This document shows positions 11,533 through 22,038 of a stretch of DNA of 64,000 nucleotides, piece by piece. Location of the stretch: the NCBI GenBank assembly GCA_963702205.1, contig OY969724.1:3552001-3616000 (forward strand), in the 5' to 3' direction. Numbering within the stretch: the first letter of the stretch is position 1; each line of letters begins with the position of its first letter. The notes below the pieces were generated by a model. It saw only the letters and a list, made by a program, of their open reading frames with translations, was not told the origin of the DNA and did no database searches. The DNA is from an uncultured candidate division Zixibacteria bacterium. Lineage in GTDB: Bacteria; Zixibacteria; MSB-5A5; GN15; PGXB01. The position numbers and the translations under genes are program-made.

Positions 11533-11650
11533 AACGAGTTAGATTTCACGCCAAACGATTCCCCCTAAACAGATCCGGGCTGAAAGTATTGATTTATATC
11601 TATAACGAAATTACCGAATGTGGCGTTTAAAGTCAACCTATTAATTTTAC

Positions 11651-12289
11651 TCACGGACGGCAGTTGCGGCAGGGAGAATAGCCCGCGCGGAAAGCCTGCT
11701 CGCGCGAATCGAACGGTATCAGTTCGCTCCAGTCGGCATCCTTGACCGCCCCGCAGATCGGCCGGTGAAACCGGAGACTTCCCTTTTTGGCCAGATAGAC
11801 TTTTTCCGGTTCATGAGCTATCGACCAGACACCGCGTCCGGCTTCCATTGCCTCGTTCTGGGCATCCAGCAGAATATTAATCCTGGCCGAATCGGCGATA
11901 TTGTCGTCGAACAGGTATATATGACCCAAACCCTGTCTTAGAATTGCCTCATTGATAAAAATCGAATCGAGATAAATATACGCCAGAATCCGGCCGTACC
12001 CATCGCGGCGGCGATTCGAATATTCAACCCCGGTAATTTGACCGTCAATCAAAGACGCCAGAAAAGCCGTCGCCGAATCATAAAACGGTTCGCCTTTCTC
12101 CGGACAATCGATTGCCAGCAGACGGACTTTGTCGCCGCCGGTCAGTTCGATTGTATCACCATCAACGACTTTGGTCACCGTAAAGCGGTCCTCGTGCGAT
12201 ACATCGTGATCGATTTTTTCGACAAATCGAAAGACGATCAGCAGAGCGATAAAGACCGGGATCAAAATGCTTTTTTTCGGGATTTTCAT
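11651..12289 (-). CDS. Thermonuclease (SNase) family protein with C-terminal Ada-like metal-binding domain
   Basis: VVDGDT, VRLLAIDCPE, DGYGRILAY; C-terminal FHRPIC...GYSPCRNCRP. Confidence 0.9.
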   Translation of the reverse strand: MKIPKKSILIPVFIALLIVFRFVEKIDHDVSHEDRFTVTKVVDGDTIELTGGDKVRLLAIDCPEKGEPFYDSATAFLASLIDGQITGVEYSNRRRDGYGRILAYIYLDSIFINEAILRQGLGHIYLFDDNIADSARINILLDAQNEAMEAGRGVWSIAHEPEKVYLAKKGSLRFHRPICGAVKDADWSELIPFDSREQAFRAGYSPCRNCRP

Positions 12290-13102
12290 AGCCTTCTCTT
12301 ATAAATAAGATATTCTATGTTCTATTTCTGAGCAACCATTTCCTTTATTGACACCGGTTATATTTCGTAAACTATTAATTATTAAGCGGTTACGCAAGAA
12401 TTCAGTCTAATCTATGATAGTCGGAGCGGAAAATATTTCCCATTTTTTTCTTGACAAAAATCATTTAAAAACTATTTTGGGATTGAGCGTGTGTAATAAG
12501 TTGTCGCTGCTTGAGAGCCACAAAAAGCGGTTGCGACTTTTGCCCCAAAATTATTTACCTCTTTTGCACGGTTCGAATTGTTAAAGGTATAAAATCCCGT
12601 CCTCCGGGGTTTCCTTTAATTCGCACAAGTAATTTATATCTTTTATAACCGGTCGTTATAGGACATAAGGTCTTTGCGAGTTGAAGTTTCCGGCAGCAAT
12701 CGAATTTAGTCACCTCATTTCTGGATATGTCAATGTTTAACGTAACTCATAAGCAAGTGCTTTTAGGAGGTGAAAACTTAATAGATATCAGAAGGCTATT
12801 TAATTGGAGTTTACAGAAGTTTTATCAACACAACATTTCGGGGTTAAATCCCTACAATCCAGTTTTCGGATTTGACTCCTTACTCCATAGGAATGATTTT
12901 GAAACTATTGACCAAGATTAATTCTCACAAATCCCTGGACACGGGTGAGCTATGAAGAAACGCCGCATAACCTTAATTGATGTCTCCGGTGGGCAAAGAT
13001 TTCACGATTTTTGCCGACATGAAAGGTATCAGCTTGGTTTGGCCTTTTTTCAGATTTTGGTTAATATGTGGAGCAGTATTCCTAATTTTAAGGAGGAAAT
13101 AA

Positions 13103-16100
13103 ATGTTGCTTAACAAAAAGCTGACAATTGCGGTACTTACACTGGGGTTGTTGCTGACCCTTGCAAGTGCGGCATTTACTTCCGAAACAACCAAGGTCAA
13201 GACTGACGATTATCCGATGAGATATCAGACGATCAATACGGATAATCCGAGGTACCAGCTTTTGAGCCTCAAGATCGCCAATAAGCCGGTCCACTCGTTT
13301 AGTCGCCCGGATCTCAGCCTGAATGCGATTACTCCCGCGACGGTACTCCCTCCGGACTACCAGTGCGACCTGCTTCAGTACCATAATGAGGATTGGTACG
13401 TATACGTGCCGATGCCTTATCCGGCCTATAGCCTCGGATCTATACTGATGCGTATGACTCCCGAAGCAGGTTACACCTGCACGCTTCATACGGTCAGTGT
13501 GATCATTTACGGCTATTACCTGGTAGGCTCTCCGGACATGTATGTTTTGCTGTATGACGATGCCTTGACTCCGCTCGATTCGGTTGTGGTTCCCTTCTCT
13601 GAAATCCAGACGGCCGGCGATCATTTTGTAAATGATGATGGCGACCCCTATGTCTATGCCGATTTCAGCTCGATGGGATACGCTTTCACCGATGGTGAGG
13701 AGTTCTATGTCGGAATTCGTTGCAAGCAGAACGCTCCTGGCGATACCCTCTCTACTCTGGCTGGCGACGTCGGTTCCGGCGGCGGCCGCCACGTATGGTG
13801 GGGCGATGCGGGTTCCGGTTTTGGCTGGTATCAGTTCGGCAGTGACCGGGCCTACGGTTTCGGATCTGATGTCTGCTGCGACCGCATTCCATACACGAGT
13901 TGTTACACTCAAGAATACGATTGCGCGACCCCCAATGTCTACTGGTGGGAACAACCGAACGCCTATAATGAGGATTACTACAGCGAGCGCTTTACGGCTG
14001 GCGGTCAGGATACTCTGACGGGCTTCGGAATTGGTCTCTTCAGTTATGCGGGTTATTTTGAACCGGTTGGAACTCCCGACCTCGACGTTTTCGTCTGGGG
14101 TGATGACGGTGGTTTCCCGGATACGACCGATGTTCTCTTCACCACGACCATCCCGTTTGCCAGCCTTCAGTATTGGCCGGCTACGAGTGGTTTCAATGAT
14201 GTCACCATTCCCGGTGGCCTTATTGTTCATGGTGATTTCCACATCGGTTGGTCGACGAATGACGTTACCGGCGGCGTGCTGGCGGCGTTATCGGACGACG
14301 GCACCCTGTGCGGCGTTGGCCGCAGCAACGTCCTCTGGACTCCGACAGGAGATCCGCTGGACGGCTATGCCTGGGGCTCGATGCTCGCATCCTGGGGCGC
14401 CGACGTCAATTTCTGGATTTATGCCGACATCTGTAAAGATGAATTCTCGGAATGCCAGATTCTTTCCTATTATGGCGGAGCTGCCGTAGGCTGGGAAGCA
14501 CCGGATGAATATGGCGACAACAATTACTCAGTCCGGTTCACGCCGGTGGCTGAAGGCTGTCGTCTTGAGACCTTCTACTATGCTCTCTGGAATCCGGCAG
14601 GCACTCCGTACTATACGCACGATGCCCAGTTGCAGGTTTACGATAACACCGGTGCCGGTGGTCTACCCGGAACCCTGCTGGGAACCGTGGATCTGACCTC
14701 TCCCGGGGATTATTATATTCCTCTTGGATATTACGCTTTTAACAATCGTAGTTTCCACGATCAGAATATCCGCTTCGACGGCGATATCTGGGCCGGCATC
14801 GAATCATATTCGCCGACCAACACTGAAGGTCTGATTCTTCTGTCCGATGACTGGGATTCCAACCCGCTTATGCGTTCCGCTGAAACCTACGGCGGATCGT
14901 GGGAATATATTCCCGACGGTTGGGGCCAGGACGTCAACTTCTTAATGGCAGCTGATGTCTGCTGCGTCCCGGTTCCGGAAAGAATCTGTACCCCCGGCGA
15001 AGATTGGCCGGTCAAAGCCCATGACGACTTCCGTTCCAATGCTTCTTTCAACAGCATGGGTGATGCTCAGTGCAATCTTACCAAAGCCTGGGAGTACGAT
15101 GCTACTCAGACCATGGTTTATGGTTCTCCCGTCATCTGGCAGGATACCGTCGTAGCTATCTTCGGTGACAGGATAATCACGTTTGATGTCAATACTGGAG
15201 CTCCGATGGACTCCGTGGTCGCGGGTGATTTCGGCGGCTTTGTACTGTCTTCGGGTATGTTCTCGACCCCGTCGGTCGTCAACTTCGCCGGTTACGGCAT
15301 GGATCAGACTATGATCATTGTTGCCGGCGCCGGTGCCCGTGCTTTCTCGGCCTTCGATCTTAACACTCTCGATACGGTTTGGTCCCGCAAATACGACGTC
15401 CACGGAACGAACACCTTCACTTATGGCGCTCATTCCATCGTCGACGTCGGCGGTGTTCCGGAATTGATTTACTTCTCCGATGATGGTGACATGTATGCCT
15501 GTAACGCCATGACCGGCGCCAGTATCTGGGGCCCGATTCCGGTCGGCGGCAATGTTACCTTCACCGCAGTTTCCAATGGCCAATATATGTTCGTTGGCTT
15601 TGATCAAAACGTCACCAATGGTGACGTCAAAGCGTTTGACCCGTCCGATGGCTCGCTGGTCTGGTCGCTTTCCACTGTTAACGGTGGTCTCCTGGGTGGA
15701 ACGGTTGTTCCGGCCAAGGACTATCCGGGAACAGAAGGCTTTCTGGCCGGCATGAGCTATGATCCGGATCCCAATCTTGCTTTCGAAGGCACGCTGTATG
15801 TCGTTTCGTCCTATGACCCGGCTGATAACTCCAACCCGGTTCAGGACGGTGGTGTCATGTACAGTATCAACGCCTCCGACGGTGTTGTAAATTGGGTCCA
15901 GTTGTCCAACGGTGGTTTGGGTTCGGCCTTCGCGACTCCGGCTATCGACGCCAGCCGTGTGATTTTCCAGGGCTGGTGCCCGTGGACGACTTCCGGTCAG
16001 AGACGTGGTCCTATCGCTTATTATAAGACAAATGGTGTTATTTCCTGGGATAACACGTTGACGAATCCTGGTTCATACAGTGCCGCCAACGGTGGATTTG

Positions 16101-18196
16101 CCCATAACTGGTTAATGGACGGTATGCTCTCCTGCGAGCCGGGCGCGCCTGACTTCTATATGGCCGCCATGAGAGAAGACTATTTGAATGTCTTCAATGC
16201 CGACGATGGAACCCAGTTGTGGCATCGCCGCTTCGCCCTCCAGCAGAACCGCGGTCATCGGACCGCTCCGGCTATGGACGACGGCCACGTGCTGTATACC
16301 TGGGGTTGGAAACTGTTCTGTCTGACTAATCAGACCGATCGTCAACGCCTGAGTATCCTTAATTACAAAGTCGATGTGCCGGTCGAATTCGGCGGCGGCC
16401 CGAGCGAATTGGTCACGTTCCCGGATATCTTCGAGAACGCTGGCTGCGCTCCGCTGACCATTTTCGGCGTCTACATTGACAACGTCACTAATAACACGGT
16501 TCCTCCGGTCGCGTCCTTCACCACTGGTGAAGACAAGGTCGGACACTCCGAGCAGTACCTGGCCAAGATGACCGACAAGGCCGATGAACTGGTGAGAAAC
16601 GTGGCTGCTCTCGGTGCCAATGTGGCCATCGAGAATATGCGCTCATCGAGCAGCAGAGCTACGTATGCTCCGCCGGCTTACATTAACGGTCTTGTGTCAC
16701 CGACGCCCGGTACCATCGTTAATGCAGGTGACCCGCCGGTTGATATCGTGCTGGATGTGAACGCCTCAATCGTAACTCGTGGCGCTCATACATTCTATGC
16801 CTTTATCGATTCGGATGATCCCGATTACTTCCTCGACAGTGCCTATCAGGATGACAATGCTAACTACCTGATTCCCGCTGTCCAGTTTACAATAGTCGGT
16901 GGTTGTCTGTATGCCGATGAAGAACTCGATTTCGGTAATACCAGCGATCTGAACTTCGCTATTGTCTTCAATTCCGGCAAGCTGGCTGACGGTGACTTCG
17001 ACTGCTTTAACGTCGACGGTCAAGGCGGTCAGTTCTGGCAGGCCGGTCTTATGTTCGGCTCCTCCAAGTATCGGTTGGCCTTCCATTCCGACAACTGGCA
17101 AGGTGCTGACTGGGAGTGGAATACCCTCCTGGCCGATGTCAACTGCGCGACGTCAATGTGTGAAATCGGACATGAAGTCAACGTCCTTCTGGGTTACATT
17201 TCAAAAGACCTGGGTGACACTTATGAGCCTCTGTACGGCGAAGTGGCAACCTTTGGATTCGTTGACTCCGTTCAGAATTTCTTCGACACATTGCTTTCTC
17301 CGCCGCGTTGGCATTGGGAATGGCATAGCGACTATGGCGAAGATCCGCCTTATGATGATACTCTGACCATGGGATTCAAGGCTTGCGGCAAGGTAATTGG
17401 CGCTTATACTGATGATACTGTGGGTGTCCTTGACAACTTCATTATCTACAGATATGCCGTGTATTCCCGTTACGGACAGGCTGTCAATAATGTGTATGCC
17501 GGAACCTTCGATGACTATGATACCGGACCGAATAACGCCAATAACGTTACCGGCTATGACGTTGCTCACTCCGTAGCTTGGACCTACGATTGTGCCACGC
17601 CGAGTCGTGCATTTGGTCAGGTAAAAATCCCGTTTGGCGGTTGTTATGAACCCATGATTAACGCCAAATGTATGGATGCCCAGGGCGGAGGTTTCTGGAA
17701 TGATAGTGATCTCTGGTTGGATTCAGCTTACTACTGGATGTCCAACCCGTCGCTGTATCATACGGTTACCCATCAGCCCGGTATTCTGCCGTGCGTCTCC
17801 TCGTCCTCGGACCGTAATGCTTTCTTTACGATCCAGAAGGCCGACCTGGCGTCATGGACTGCCGATCCTGAATCGACCATCGTTTGTTTTGCCAACTTTG
17901 GTATGCTGACGGCAGATGCGTCGGATCCTACGACGTTCTTCCCGCTTGCCAACACGGCTAACAAATGGGCCGGTTTCGGTCGTGGTGACGTCAATGATGA
18001 CGGCGCTATCAACCTCGTCGACATTATCTATCTGGCGAACTTTGTTCTGGATCCGATCAATAATAATGGTCCGTATCCGTTTAAGTACTCCGGTGATGTC
18101 AATGCCGATGGTTCTTATACCCCAGCTGATGTGACGTACCTCATTGATTATTACTTCAATGGTGGTGCTGATCCGCTTGGTGCTTGGGAAATCTAA
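13103..18196 (+). CDS. Large secreted protein: 3 N-terminal repeats, PQQ-like beta-propeller, C-terminal dockerin
   Basis: Signal peptide; three ~155 aa repeats ending in (A/S)D(V/I)C(C/K); propeller blades (G...W motifs); dockerin pair GDVNDDGAINLVD / GDVNADGSYTPAD. Confidence 0.8.
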   Translation: MLLNKKLTIAVLTLGLLLTLASAAFTSETTKVKTDDYPMRYQTINTDNPRYQLLSLKIANKPVHSFSRPDLSLNAITPATVLPPDYQCDLLQYHNEDWYVYVPMPYPAYSLGSILMRMTPEAGYTCTLHTVSVIIYGYYLVGSPDMYVLLYDDALTPLDSVVVPFSEIQTAGDHFVNDDGDPYVYADFSSMGYAFTDGEEFYVGIRCKQNAPGDTLSTLAGDVGSGGGRHVWWGDAGSGFGWYQFGSDRAYGFGSDVCCDRIPYTSCYTQEYDCATPNVYWWEQPNAYNEDYYSERFTAGGQDTLTGFGIGLFSYAGYFEPVGTPDLDVFVWGDDGGFPDTTDVLFTTTIPFASLQYWPATSGFNDVTIPGGLIVHGDFHIGWSTNDVTGGVLAALSDDGTLCGVGRSNVLWTPTGDPLDGYAWGSMLASWGADVNFWIYADICKDEFSECQILSYYGGAAVGWEAPDEYGDNNYSVRFTPVAEGCRLETFYYALWNPAGTPYYTHDAQLQVYDNTGAGGLPGTLLGTVDLTSPGDYYIPLGYYAFNNRSFHDQNIRFDGDIWAGIESYSPTNTEGLILLSDDWDSNPLMRSAETYGGSWEYIPDGWGQDVNFLMAADVCCVPVPERICTPGEDWPVKAHDDFRSNASFNSMGDAQCNLTKAWEYDATQTMVYGSPVIWQDTVVAIFGDRIITFDVNTGAPMDSVVAGDFGGFVLSSGMFSTPSVVNFAGYGMDQTMIIVAGAGARAFSAFDLNTLDTVWSRKYDVHGTNTFTYGAHSIVDVGGVPELIYFSDDGDMYACNAMTGASIWGPIPVGGNVTFTAVSNGQYMFVGFDQNVTNGDVKAFDPSDGSLVWSLSTVNGGLLGGTVVPAKDYPGTEGFLAGMSYDPDPNLAFEGTLYVVSSYDPADNSNPVQDGGVMYSINASDGVVNWVQLSNGGLGSAFATPAIDASRVIFQGWCPWTTSGQRRGPIAYYKTNGVISWDNTLTNPGSYSAANGGFAHNWLMDGMLSCEPGAPDFYMAAMREDYLNVFNADDGTQLWHRRFALQQNRGHRTAPAMDDGHVLYTWGWKLFCLTNQTDRQRLSILNYKVDVPVEFGGGPSELVTFPDIFENAGCAPLTIFGVYIDNVTNNTVPPVASFTTGEDKVGHSEQYLAKMTDKADELVRNVAALGANVAIENMRSSSSRATYAPPAYINGLVSPTPGTIVNAGDPPVDIVLDVNASIVTRGAHTFYAFIDSDDPDYFLDSAYQDDNANYLIPAVQFTIVGGCLYADEELDFGNTSDLNFAIVFNSGKLADGDFDCFNVDGQGGQFWQAGLMFGSSKYRLAFHSDNWQGADWEWNTLLADVNCATSMCEIGHEVNVLLGYISKDLGDTYEPLYGEVATFGFVDSVQNFFDTLLSPPRWHWEWHSDYGEDPPYDDTLTMGFKACGKVIGAYTDDTVGVLDNFIIYRYAVYSRYGQAVNNVYAGTFDDYDTGPNNANNVTGYDVAHSVAWTYDCATPSRAFGQVKIPFGGCYEPMINAKCMDAQGGGFWNDSDLWLDSAYYWMSNPSLYHTVTHQPGILPCVSSSSDRNAFFTIQKADLASWTADPESTIVCFANFGMLTADASDPTTFFPLANTANKWAGFGRGDVNDDGAINLVDIIYLANFVLDPINNNGPYPFKYSGDVNADGSYTPADVTYLIDYYFNGGADPLGAWEI

Positions 18197-18225
18197 TCAG
18201 CCTTTTGCTGATAGATCGTTTTTTC

Positions 18226-18258
18226 GGAGCAGGGTCCAACGACCTTGCTCCTTTTTTT
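18226..18258 (+). terminator. Intrinsic terminator
   Basis: GGAGCAGGGTC-CAAC-GACCTTGCTCC followed by a T-run. Confidence 0.85.
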
Positions 18259-18359
18259 ATGCCCCTCCCCGAAATGTTCTTGCCACAAAAGAATGAACCG
18301 GGGTATTATGAGAGCGTTATAAGTCAGAGAATGCTAACTGGAGGTTTGCCGCCGGATAT

Positions 18360-19415
18360 ATGAAAAAACCCGACACCATATCTCAGACCATCTATTACCA
18401 CATGACCGACCTTTATGATGTCGGAGCCATATACCATCACGGCAACAGCCTGATATTCCGGGCCATTCCCAAAAAAGACCCCACCCACGCTTTCCAGGTC
18501 CTGCGAAAGCGGTTGAAATCGATCGGCTTTAAGGCTTCATCCAAAGAAGATTTGCAAGGTTACCTGATAAGTGTCGCGGAACTGCCCTGGCAGCGTCGGA
18601 TCCCGCCTTTAAACGCGATCCTGTTTTTCGTCACGCTGATTACCATGTTCTTCGCACCGATTTTCTATACGCATTTGAGCTTTTCCGATATGCTGTCGTC
18701 CGCATTCCTCCTCGATCGCCTCGAATTCACGATCGCGCTTATCGTAATATTGCTCTTCCACGAATTCGGGCATTATCTGGCCGGGAGACGTCGCGGTCTC
18801 TTAATGACCCTGCCGTATTTTATCCCCGCCCCGAATTTTGTCGGGACTTTCGGCGCAATTATCAAATCCCGTTCGCCGTTCGGCAACCGTCGCGATCTTA
18901 TCGAGGTCGGCGCGGCCGGACCGATATCGGGATTCATCATAGCGGTCTTTGTCCTGATGTACGGACTGCAAAACGCCGTCATTGTGCCGTCCGGAGGCGG
19001 CCTGACCCTTGGAGATTCACTGCTTATAAGATTTCTGGGCTGGTTGATTATCGGACCGCTGCCGGCCGGTCATGACTATATGCTGTCGTCGGCGGCGCTG
19101 GCGGGATGGGTCGGTCTTTTAATTACTATGCTAAACCTGCTGCCGCTGGGTCAGCTGGACGGCGGGCATATCATATACGGTCTGTTCGGCCGCAGTCAGT
19201 ATATTGTCAGTTTCGTTGTCCTCGCGGCCATGCTCACCCTGGGATTTTGGTGGCCGGGCTGGTGGCTGTTCGGAGCCCTGATTTTTATTTTCGGACTGAA
19301 ACACCCGCCGACGCTCGACGATTCTCAGGAATTATCGGGAGCAACGAGATTCATGGGGATCGCGGCGATTCTGATTTTTATTCTGTGCTTTGTGCCGGTG
19401 CCGTTTAAGCTGTAA
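18360..19415 (+). CDS. Site-2 protease (M50) membrane metalloprotease
   Basis: HEFGH, AGP, NLLPLGQLDGGH; multiple TM helices. Confidence 0.92.
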   Translation: MKKPDTISQTIYYHMTDLYDVGAIYHHGNSLIFRAIPKKDPTHAFQVLRKRLKSIGFKASSKEDLQGYLISVAELPWQRRIPPLNAILFFVTLITMFFAPIFYTHLSFSDMLSSAFLLDRLEFTIALIVILLFHEFGHYLAGRRRGLLMTLPYFIPAPNFVGTFGAIIKSRSPFGNRRDLIEVGAAGPISGFIIAVFVLMYGLQNAVIVPSGGGLTLGDSLLIRFLGWLIIGPLPAGHDYMLSSAALAGWVGLLITMLNLLPLGQLDGGHIIYGLFGRSQYIVSFVVLAAMLTLGFWWPGWWLFGALIFIFGLKHPPTLDDSQELSGATRFMGIAAILIFILCFVPVPFKL

Positions 19416-20892
19416 CCGGCGGTCTCATCATCTTGATGGTATCGTCGGCGCGCCGTACGGCCCGGTTGATCAAACCTTCTTCGTAGGCTTCATGAAACAG
19501 CGTAACGAGATCCGGATCGAACTGGGTGCCGGAATGTTCGCGCAGTTCCCTTAGTGCGAATTCATGCGTTTTACTCTGGCGGTAGGGCCGGTCGGAAGTG
19601 ATGGCATCGAATGTATCGACCACGGCCAGCAGACGACCTTCTATCGGGATTTCTTGGCCTTTCAGGCCATTGGGATAACCATTGCCATCGAATCTTTCGT
19701 GATGACATAAAATGTAAGGTATGACCGGCTTTAGGTAAGGCACCTGCCCCAGTATAGCCGCGCCTCGTACGGGATGCTGCTGCATGATCAGGCGCTCTTC
19801 GTCATCGAGCCGCCCCGGCTTGTTGAGAATGCTGTCGGGTATGCCGATCTTGCCGATATCGTGCAGCCGACAGCCGGTTTTAAGCCGGTTCATGCGCCTT
19901 TTATTCCAGTTCAGTTTACGGGCCAGAATCTCAGCGAGGTAATACACGCGATCGGTATGTCCGGCCGTGTAATTATCGCGAGCTTCAATGGCATTGGCCA
20001 GGGCTCCGATGGTTTGAATATATGATCGTTTCAAATTATAAATAAGCCGGGAGGATTCCATCGCCGCTGCGGCCTGCGAAGCAAGCAACGAAATCATGTG
20101 CATCTGGCCGGGAGTTATGTGCTTGAAACGGTCATCATAAACGACGTTCAAATGCCCGAGAAGAATGCGTTTGGAAATCAACGGGCAGGAGACTTTCGAG
20201 CGGCGGTACGGCATATCATCTTTTTCGATTTCGATATTCTCGCAGAAGACGCCGTCGCCCCGCTCGGCAATCGCCCGGTCCAACGTCTGACCGTTCAGAA
20301 ATTCATTGATCTCAGGATTGTCGTATTCACCGCCGATGCACTTCACACGATTACATCGCTGTTTTTTATCGTACAATAATATCGACGAAGCCGTCGCCGG
20401 CAGTTGTTGCAGCAATGTCTCATTAATCAAATTCAGAATCTGATTGAATCCTATGCCGCGGGCCATAGCTTCGGAAATTTTCCTAAGTTCGGCCTGGCTT
20501 TTCAGGGCGACATTTTCTCGCCTGAGCTGCTGATGATCCAGCCCCCGCTTAATTGTCGAGGTCAGGTCTTCCAGCTTGAAAGGTTTTATAAGATAATCAT
20601 AGCCGCCTTTTTTAAGTACTGATATGGCCGTCTTGACGGTCGGATATCCGGTCATAAGAACCACAATGCAGTCGGGATGATTCGCGAGAGCTTTCTCGAG
20701 AATTTCAACGCCCGAATGATCACCCATAACCAGGTCGGTCAGGACCAGATCGACGGTATTTTTGTCCAGATGATCGAGCGCTTTAACCGGGTCTGAGAAT
20801 TTGCTGACATTGAAATCCTTAAATTCGCCCAGCGCTTCAAGGATTATATTGCAAATGTAGACTTCATCGTCAACGACCATGATATCTTTCAT
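19405..20892 (-). CDS. Response regulator with GAF and HD-GYP phosphodiesterase domains
   Basis: N-terminal receiver domain; HDIGKIG, HHERFDGNGYP, DTFDAITSDRPYR. Confidence 0.92.
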   Translation of the reverse strand: MKDIMVVDDEVYICNIILEALGEFKDFNVSKFSDPVKALDHLDKNTVDLVLTDLVMGDHSGVEILEKALANHPDCIVVLMTGYPTVKTAISVLKKGGYDYLIKPFKLEDLTSTIKRGLDHQQLRRENVALKSQAELRKISEAMARGIGFNQILNLINETLLQQLPATASSILLYDKKQRCNRVKCIGGEYDNPEINEFLNGQTLDRAIAERGDGVFCENIEIEKDDMPYRRSKVSCPLISKRILLGHLNVVYDDRFKHITPGQMHMISLLASQAAAAMESSRLIYNLKRSYIQTIGALANAIEARDNYTAGHTDRVYYLAEILARKLNWNKRRMNRLKTGCRLHDIGKIGIPDSILNKPGRLDDEERLIMQQHPVRGAAILGQVPYLKPVIPYILCHHERFDGNGYPNGLKGQEIPIEGRLLAVVDTFDAITSDRPYRQSKTHEFALRELREHSGTQFDPDLVTLFHEAYEEGLINRAVRRADDTIKMMRPPVTA

Positions 20893-21035
20893 ATTATCTC
20901 CTGTCGTAAAAACTCGAAGCAAGTAAAACCAAATTACATCACAGTCCTTATCATCATTATCGACCGGAAAACAGGAGGCAATATGGGGGTAAAATTGATT
21001 GTATTAAAATAAGGCGGCCTGTGGGACCGTTCCCA

Positions 21036-21905
21036 TCATGACCTGAACTGCTCGGCGGCATTGTATGAAGAACGTACCAAGGGACCTGCAAAAACGTGCC
21101 GAATTCCCGCAAGTTCGGCCTTTTCGGCCAGTGCCGAGAATTCATCCGGGCGGTAATATTTCTGGATCGGATAGTGCCTCTTTGACGGAGCCAAATATTG
21201 CCCGATTGTCAGGCTTTCCACGCCGGCCCGCTTTAAATCTTCGAAGGTTGTTACCAATTCATCCTCTGTCTCACCCAGACCGACCATAAGGCCGGACTTG
21301 ACCATCATGCCCCCAAAGGTTCGGGCAGAGTCCAGAACGGCCAGAGACCTCTCGTAAACCGCCTGTGGTCGGACATCCGGATACAGTCTTTTGACGGTCT
21401 CGACGTTGTGATTGAATACTTCAGGACTCTCCGCGAAGACCGTATTCAGGGCTTCCCGGCTGCCCTGAAAATCGGGTGTCAGCACTTCAATCGTCGTGCC
21501 GGGGCTTGCGGCCCGTACGGCCCGAATTACCTCGGCGAAATGTCCTGCGCCGCCATCGGGAAGATCATCGCGCGTAACGGACGTTACCACGGCGTGTTTC
21601 AAATTCATGATTTTCACGGCTTCGGCCACCCGCGACGGTTCTTCCGGATCAAGCTTTCGGATCGCACCGCTTGTCACGTTACAAAATCGGCAGTTGCGGG
21701 TGCAGTTGGGCCCCATAATCAGGAATGTGGCCGTCCCGCTGGAAAAACACTCTCCCCGGTTGGGACAATTGGCTTCCTGACAGACGGTATGCAAATCGTG
21801 CTGTTTTAAAAGAGCCTGCACGTCCAGGTACTGCCGGCTGAAGCCCGCCTTGACCTTAAGCCAATCCGGCTTTCTGACCCCGACGGATTCTTTGTTTTCA
21901 GACAT
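21036..21905 (-). CDS. lipA: Lipoyl synthase
   Basis: CQEANCPNRGEC, CTRNCRFC, VRSSY. Confidence 0.97.
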   Translation of the reverse strand: MSENKESVGVRKPDWLKVKAGFSRQYLDVQALLKQHDLHTVCQEANCPNRGECFSSGTATFLIMGPNCTRNCRFCNVTSGAIRKLDPEEPSRVAEAVKIMNLKHAVVTSVTRDDLPDGGAGHFAEVIRAVRAASPGTTIEVLTPDFQGSREALNTVFAESPEVFNHNVETVKRLYPDVRPQAVYERSLAVLDSARTFGGMMVKSGLMVGLGETEDELVTTFEDLKRAGVESLTIGQYLAPSKRHYPIQKYYRPDEFSALAEKAELAGIRHVFAGPLVRSSYNAAEQFRS

Positions 21906-22038
21906 ATTTTCTTGTCCAATTCCTGCACATAAATTGGCCCAAAGCCCATATTGCGGGCCTTTGCAGAGCTCAGGCATCAAGTTATAAAAAATTCGCTCGA
22001 TATCAATAGAAAGATAAAAATTATTGGAGCTCCCATCG

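Noticed and set aside
12930..13060. Possible riboswitch upstream of the large dockerin gene
   Set aside because: No match by eye to c-di-GMP, TPP, cobalamin or SAM consensus elements.
13088..14242. 384-aa antisense ORF (and other long shadow ORFs, e.g. 1107-2264, 50663-51811, 60304-61176)
   Set aside because: They lie opposite well-supported genes, have no recognisable motifs, and are explained by codon bias on the sense strand.
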